From assembly GCA_963761305.1 (NCBI GenBank), contig CAVXGK010000002.1, forward strand, positions 2,880,001 through 2,944,000: a stretch of 64,000 bases of DNA, written 5' to 3'. Positions 59,380-64,000 of this stretch are shown here, one piece after another; within the stretch, counting starts at the first letter, position 1, and each line of letters opens with the position of its first letter. The notes below the pieces were generated by a model. The model searched no databases. It was given only the letters and a program-made list of their open reading frames with translations, and was not told the origin of the DNA. Made by a program: the position numbers and the translations under genes. Source of the stretch: an uncultured Gemmatimonadaceae bacterium. GTDB lineage: Bacteria > Gemmatimonadota > Gemmatimonadetes > Gemmatimonadales > Gemmatimonadaceae.

Positions 59380-62024
59380 GGCCGCTTCTCCCCCGCCTGC
59401 TTCGTTCGCAGATCGTAGAGCGTCAGCAGCAACGTCTGCGCCTTCTCGAAATTCGGCGCTTCCTCGAGCGAGCGCAGCACGCTCGTCCGCGCATGCACGT
59501 CGTCGCCGGCCTCGTGTTGAGCGACCGCCAGATCATACTCGGCGGCCGCTTTGTCCACCGGCCCGAGCGCGACGATCGCCGCGCGCTCGCGCACCGTGCG
59601 CTCCTTGTCGCCCGCTGCATGTGACAACTCGGCCAGCTTCTGATGCATGCCGACGTCGAACGGATTCACGAACATCGCGCGGTCGAGCGCGTCCGCGGCA
59701 CCCTTCGCGTCACCGAGCTGCTCGAGCAGCGTCGCGAGCTTCTGGAGCGCCTTGATGTTGGTCTCGGTGAGCGACGTCCACTTGGCGAGCGCGTCGGCCT
59801 CCTTGCGCTGATCGCCCTTCTTCTCGTACAGGACCGCGAGCAACGCGTACGGGCTGTCGTCACCGCCGTACTCGGGAAAGATGTCGCGCGCCCGCTCGAT
59901 ATATGGAAGCGCCTTGTCCAGTTCGTTGTGCGCGATCAACGCTTCGCCGGCGAAGAGCTGCGTGCCGAAATCGTTCGGCGATTTGGCGGCCAGGGCGATC
60001 ACCGCCTCAATGGGCGTTTCGCCCGTGATTTTGGGCGGCTGCTTGGTGAGCCCCGGCAGCACCGCGGCGAAGCGCGTGTTCAGATACGTGTCGAACCGCT
60101 TGTCGAACGACGGGAGATCGGTGTTGAGCACTTTCTGAAACACCTGATCCGTCGTCGCGCCGTCCTTGTACGCCTGAAGCATGCGCAGGATCGCCGGCTC
60201 GCCGAAGTCGCGCGCGATCAGCTCGCACACGAGCGACGCCTGGTAGTACGAGAACTGCACCTGCTCCGGATACGCCGGATGCATGAAGCCGTCGTTCATC
60301 CGGCTCACCGGCACGAGCTTCCCCGCCTTGTACGCGGCGAGGAAATCCGGCGTCACGCCGAAACCCCAGCCGGGCTTCGCGTGGTGCTCCTCGTACACCG
60401 ACAGCCCTTCGCTCAACCACCGCGGAATTCGGTTGTCGGTGCTGCCGAGCGTGAACGTGTGCGCCAGCTCGTGCCAGACCGTCGAGCCCCAATTGAACGG
60501 ACCGGCGTCCTTCGCCGCCGGCGAATCGAACGCCAGCGTCGTTCCGAAGCTCACGCCCAGCGCGCCGAGCCCGGCGAGCCCCACGGTGCGCACCGAAAAG
60601 TCGGCGTGGCTTCTGAAGACTTCGATCCGCACCGGCGGCGGCGGTGTGTACGCGTACCTCTTCTGGAACGTCGTGTACGCCTGCTCGGCCAGATCACGCA
60701 GGTAGACGGACAAGATCGCCGACTCGTCCTTCTCGATCATGAACTGGAAGTGCGTGCTCGTCGTGAGATCGTAGTTCTTGTACGTGTCGAGCAGGTCGAG
60801 CGTGTTCTTGACCCACACGTTGTACGGGTCGCCCTTGAACGACTTTTCGAGGCTCACGCGACCGGTGTCGATCTGCCCGAGCCGCAGCTGGTTCATGCCG
60901 AGCACGCTCCACGCGTGCCAGTCCTTGGCGTCGAGCGCCACGCCCTGCCCTGCGAAGTCGGCCGCCTGCTTGTACAGACGAACGTCGGCCGACAACTCGG
61001 CGAGCGTCGCGTACAGCTCGGCGTCGTGCGAATCGGCGGCGAGCGCGCGCTGCTTGATCGTTTCGAATCCCGCTTGGTCGTGCGTGAGATACTTGATCGC
61101 CGCCGCGACGGCGAGCGCCCGCTCGCCGACCGGATTGGTCTTGAGCGCGCGATCGATATCGATCTGCGCGCCCGCGTAGTCCTCGAGCCCGAGCAGCGCT
61201 TCAGCGTGGAGGACGCGCGCCTGGGGATCGTCCGGATTGATTGCGAGCGCCGCGCGCAGCAGCGAATCGCCGCCCGCCTGACCATCGGCTTGGAGCCGCC
61301 GCGCAGCGCCGACGAGCGCGCGTGGGTCGTTGGGATTGGCCTGCAGAACTTCCTCGAACGTCTTCTGCGCGTCGTCGAAGTCGTACTTCTGCAGGAACAG
61401 CTCGCCGAGCCGCACCTTCGCCGCGTCGTTCGTCGGGTCGACGCTCGTCGACCGGTCGTACGCCTTCTGCGCGTCGTGGAACAGCTGCGGATCGTTCTCG
61501 CCGAGGTACTCGCACGCGACGGCGACGGCCATCAAGTCGTCGCTCGTGAGATCGTTGCCGAGCGAGCGGTTGTAGACGTCGATGAACCGGTCGAACTCTT
61601 TCATCGCGCGGTCGCGCTCGCCGCGATCGTAATGCAAGACGGCGAGGTTGAGCGACGCGATCAGACTGTCCGGCGTCGCCTGCGCGCGCACGAACGCGCT
61701 CTCGGCGGAAGCGAGCCTGCCGCGCGTGACCAGCACCTCGCCGAGAGGATTCCATAGAATCGCGCCTTTCGGTGACGCGATCGCTTTGCGAGCCGTCGCT
61801 TCAGCTGCGTCGTATTTGCCGATCGTCGCGTACGCGCGCACGAGGTCGCGCTGCGCCGCCGCCCAATCGCTGTCGCTCGGCGGCACCTTGCTCAGCGCGG
61901 CGATCGCCGCCTGATACTTGCCGCTTTGGAACAGGTCGTGACCGTCGTCCTGGGCCGCGAGCACGCGCGGCGCGCACAGCGCGACGACGGTGGCGAGCGA
62001 TGCGGCCCGAACGAAGCGCGTCAT
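59376..62024 (-). CDS. Secreted TPR-repeat protein with gluzincin (peptidase MA-like) domain
   Basis: Signal peptide; multiple TPRs; HELAH...PRWLSEGLSVYEE; Y.Q. Confidence 0.82.
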   Translation of the reverse strand: MTRFVRAASLATVVALCAPRVLAAQDDGHDLFQSGKYQAAIAALSKVPPSDSDWAAAQRDLVRAYATIGKYDAAEATARKAIASPKGAILWNPLGEVLVTRGRLASAESAFVRAQATPDSLIASLNLAVLHYDRGERDRAMKEFDRFIDVYNRSLGNDLTSDDLMAVAVACEYLGENDPQLFHDAQKAYDRSTSVDPTNDAAKVRLGELFLQKYDFDDAQKTFEEVLQANPNDPRALVGAARRLQADGQAGGDSLLRAALAINPDDPQARVLHAEALLGLEDYAGAQIDIDRALKTNPVGERALAVAAAIKYLTHDQAGFETIKQRALAADSHDAELYATLAELSADVRLYKQAADFAGQGVALDAKDWHAWSVLGMNQLRLGQIDTGRVSLEKSFKGDPYNVWVKNTLDLLDTYKNYDLTTSTHFQFMIEKDESAILSVYLRDLAEQAYTTFQKRYAYTPPPPVRIEVFRSHADFSVRTVGLAGLGALGVSFGTTLAFDSPAAKDAGPFNWGSTVWHELAHTFTLGSTDNRIPRWLSEGLSVYEEHHAKPGWGFGVTPDFLAAYKAGKLVPVSRMNDGFMHPAYPEQVQFSYYQASLVCELIARDFGEPAILRMLQAYKDGATTDQVFQKVLNTDLPSFDKRFDTYLNTRFAAVLPGLTKQPPKITGETPIEAVIALAAKSPNDFGTQLFAGEALIAHNELDKALPYIERARDIFPEYGGDDSPYALLAVLYEKKGDQRKEADALAKWTSLTETNIKALQKLATLLEQLGDAKGAADALDRAMFVNPFDVGMHQKLAELSHAAGDKERTVRERAAIVALGPVDKAAAEYDLAVAQHEAGDDVHARTSVLRSLEEAPNFEKAQTLLLTLYDLRTKQAGEKRP

Positions 62025-63067
62025 GACTTCCTCCCCGCGGCGGTTCCTTCCATCTCGCGGATCGTTTTCGCTTTTCGCGCGAGCTGTACGAGCAGCGCCT
62101 CGAGCGCGTCGTCGTAGGCGTCGGGCGTCATCGCCGACTTCTTGAGGCGAAGCTGACCGATCTGATCCTCGAGCGCGAACTTGTCCTTGTAGAGCGTCGC
62201 CAGCTGCGGATCGTTGGCCGCCGTCGAGCTGAGACCGGCGTCCAGAAAGAAGCGCCGCGCCAGCACGCCTTCCGCCGAGTTTCCGTCCGGATCCGCTACG
62301 CCGGCCTTGGCGCCCATGTCGTCCAGTTGCGCGTGTTCGGTCTGGAGGCGCGTGTCGTTGTCGTACACCCGCTTGGTCTCGGTCACCGCATAACGGAATG
62401 CTTCGAGCAGCGACACGCGTCCGTCCTTGTCCGTGTCAGCGACGTCCTTGCTGAACGCGGCGACGAAGAATTCGGCGAAGTGCGATTCGTTCCGCTCGAA
62501 GCTGCTCTTGGTCGCCGTGATCACCACACGATTGCGCGCCGCGACAATGGGCAGCATGTCGCCGCTGGCACTCGTCAGGTCGACGAACGCGACGCGCTGC
62601 GTCGGGAACTTGGAAAGAAGGTGCGCGAAGTCCGTCGCGCTGAGGTCGGGACCGGGAATGCTGATCTTCGAGTCGGCGCCGTCGCCGCTGCCGTGGCCGA
62701 TGAGCACGAGCACGACTTGATCGCCCGCTCCGGCGCGCGCGGCGAGCTGCCCCATCGCCCGCTCGACGTTCGTTTTCGTCGACTGGCCGCGGAAGTACGG
62801 ATTCTTCGAGACGCTGTCTTCGCCGAACCAGAGAATGTCCGCCGCCGGAATCCCGAGCTTCTTGCTCGCCGCGTCGGCGAGCGTCTGCGAGAGATTGGCG
62901 AACGACGCCCGATACTTCGCCTCTCCACCGAGGCCGCTCACGATCACGAGATGCGTTTGCGCGAATACCGCGCCGAGCGGGAGTGCGCAGGCCACGACCA
63001 CGCTCGCGACGCGGCGACGAAGCCGCCGTCCACCCGTCCACCTGTCCACCTGTCCACCCGCGATCAC
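62021..63067 (-). CDS. Secreted caspase/legumain (clan CD)-like protein
   Basis: IVSGLGG, LIGHGS, VITAT.S..E...F...F and ADTDKDGRVSLLEAF.Y motifs; GTGA and ATGA overlaps at both ends. Confidence 0.65.
   Translation of the reverse strand: MIAGGQVDRWTGGRRLRRRVASVVVACALPLGAVFAQTHLVIVSGLGGEAKYRASFANLSQTLADAASKKLGIPAADILWFGEDSVSKNPYFRGQSTKTNVERAMGQLAARAGAGDQVVLVLIGHGSGDGADSKISIPGPDLSATDFAHLLSKFPTQRVAFVDLTSASGDMLPIVAARNRVVITATKSSFERNESHFAEFFVAAFSKDVADTDKDGRVSLLEAFRYAVTETKRVYDNDTRLQTEHAQLDDMGAKAGVADPDGNSAEGVLARRFFLDAGLSSTAANDPQLATLYKDKFALEDQIGQLRLKKSAMTPDAYDDALEALLVQLARKAKTIREMEGTAAGRKS
63028..63059. repeat. Tandem octamer (GTCCACCY)x4
   Basis: GTCCACCC GTCCACCT GTCCACCT GTCCACCC; two more units at 31924-31939. 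Confidence 0.8.
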
Positions 63068-64000
63068 GCGAGTCCCCTCGATTTCCGGTACGCCCACTCT
63101 GCACTCACGAGAATCACGAGCAACAAGAACGTCGCCGGCATGTCCCACAGATCCATCTGATTCACGACCGTCACGCCGCGCTTGCTCATCGCGACGTCTT
63201 CGGCAAGCGTGGACGCCGTCTCCGGCGTGTAGAACCGTCCGCCCGTCTCCGAGGCGATGCGTTTGAGCAGCGGCGCGCGCATTTCGGCGTCGAAGTACTC
63301 CGTGTTCAAGTCGGCGACGCGCACGTAGCCCGTGTCGGCAGCGATCGCGCCGTTCGGCAGCGTCGCGGTGACGTGAATCGAATACACACCGTTCTGATCG
63401 GGGGTGAACGTGCCGCGATACTCGCCGTCGCGGTCGATCGCCCAGTCGAGCGGCAGGTCGCGCGACACGCCGCTGTCGCTCGAGATGTGCGCGGTGACCT
63501 TGGCGTCGTTGCGCGCGATGTAGATGCTGTCCATCACCGTCGCGCGAATCGCGATCGGCGAACGCGGATTCGCCTTGTCCGTCGGCAGCGATACGACCAC
63601 GCGCCCGGGCGAGTCGCTCGTGAGCCACCGGAGCATCTGGCGCCAGAACCGCGAATAGGTCTCGTCGTCCGCCGGCGTGTTGGGATCCATCTGCCAGGTC
63701 CACGAGTCCTGCACGGGAAACGCGACCGACATTCCGCGTCCATAGCGCTGGTACACGAGCACCGGCTGGTCGTAGCTGCGCACCGGCGCGCCGGGCACTC
63801 CCGCGCGTCCGTCCGACGGAACCGAGCCGGTCACCAGCGTGACCGCGCCGGGTTTCACCTCGCGAATGCGATTCACCGTGGTGAGAGTCGGGAGCGACTT
63901 CCACCGCTGCGCCGACAGCGACGGCGTCGCCGCGACCTGCGCGACCGCGTGGCTCTCTCCCGCCGGCGTGAGCGACACTTTCAGATTCGCGAAGAAGGTG
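63064..64000 (-). CDS. Membrane protein with glutamine-amidotransferase-like (DUF1355-type) domain, 5'-partial
   Basis: QRYGRG......DSW.W, RFWRQMLRWL, L..IA.ETGG.FY and LWD.P...TM..EW..RK..GLA motifs; frame open to the window end. Confidence 0.75.
   Translation of the reverse strand, partial: TFFANLKVSLTPAGESHAVAQVAATPSLSAQRWKSLPTLTTVNRIREVKPGAVTLVTGSVPSDGRAGVPGAPVRSYDQPVLVYQRYGRGMSVAFPVQDSWTWQMDPNTPADDETYSRFWRQMLRWLTSDSPGRVVVSLPTDKANPRSPIAIRATVMDSIYIARNDAKVTAHISSDSGVSRDLPLDWAIDRDGEYRGTFTPDQNGVYSIHVTATLPNGAIAADTGYVRVADLNTEYFDAEMRAPLLKRIASETGGRFYTPETASTLAEDVAMSKRGVTVVNQMDLWDMPATFLLLVILVSAEWAYRKSRGLA

Overview
A high-GC bacterial chromosomal segment; the gene families (many signal-peptide and carboxypeptidase-regulatory-domain proteins, eukaryote-like Ser/Thr kinases, RGG-rich tails) suggest Gemmatimonadota, which is an inference. 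It holds about 55 CDSs. I saw no tRNA, rRNA, CRISPR array, integrase or transposase. Main blocks: ABC exporter, DUF3108 and a TonB-type receptor; a two-kinase/MsrB/lipoprotein run; an ECF sigma-FecR-TonB receptor signalling locus; a Tat/GMC/PQQ/Rieske oxidation cluster; sdpR-sdpI-hydrolase; amino-acid catabolism genes; and a >13 kb MoxR/vWA/DUF58/DUF4159/TPR-metallopeptidase operon running off the right end. The best non-coding signals are four. (1) Three copies of an AGGGTW-N13-KTGTC motif lie in the ECF locus, one pointing into a ~135-nt ORF-less unit with its own terminator (candidate ECF-controlled sRNA). (2) A promoter, structured leader, 62-aa ORF and terminator unit sits at 17.7-18.3 kb, with an 11-nt long-range complementarity. 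(3) A strictly 21-bp-phased degenerate array lies at 48.4-48.66 kb. (4) There are two diverged copies of a ~280-bp nested palindromic element. All protein calls come from motif recognition by eye, not from database searches.
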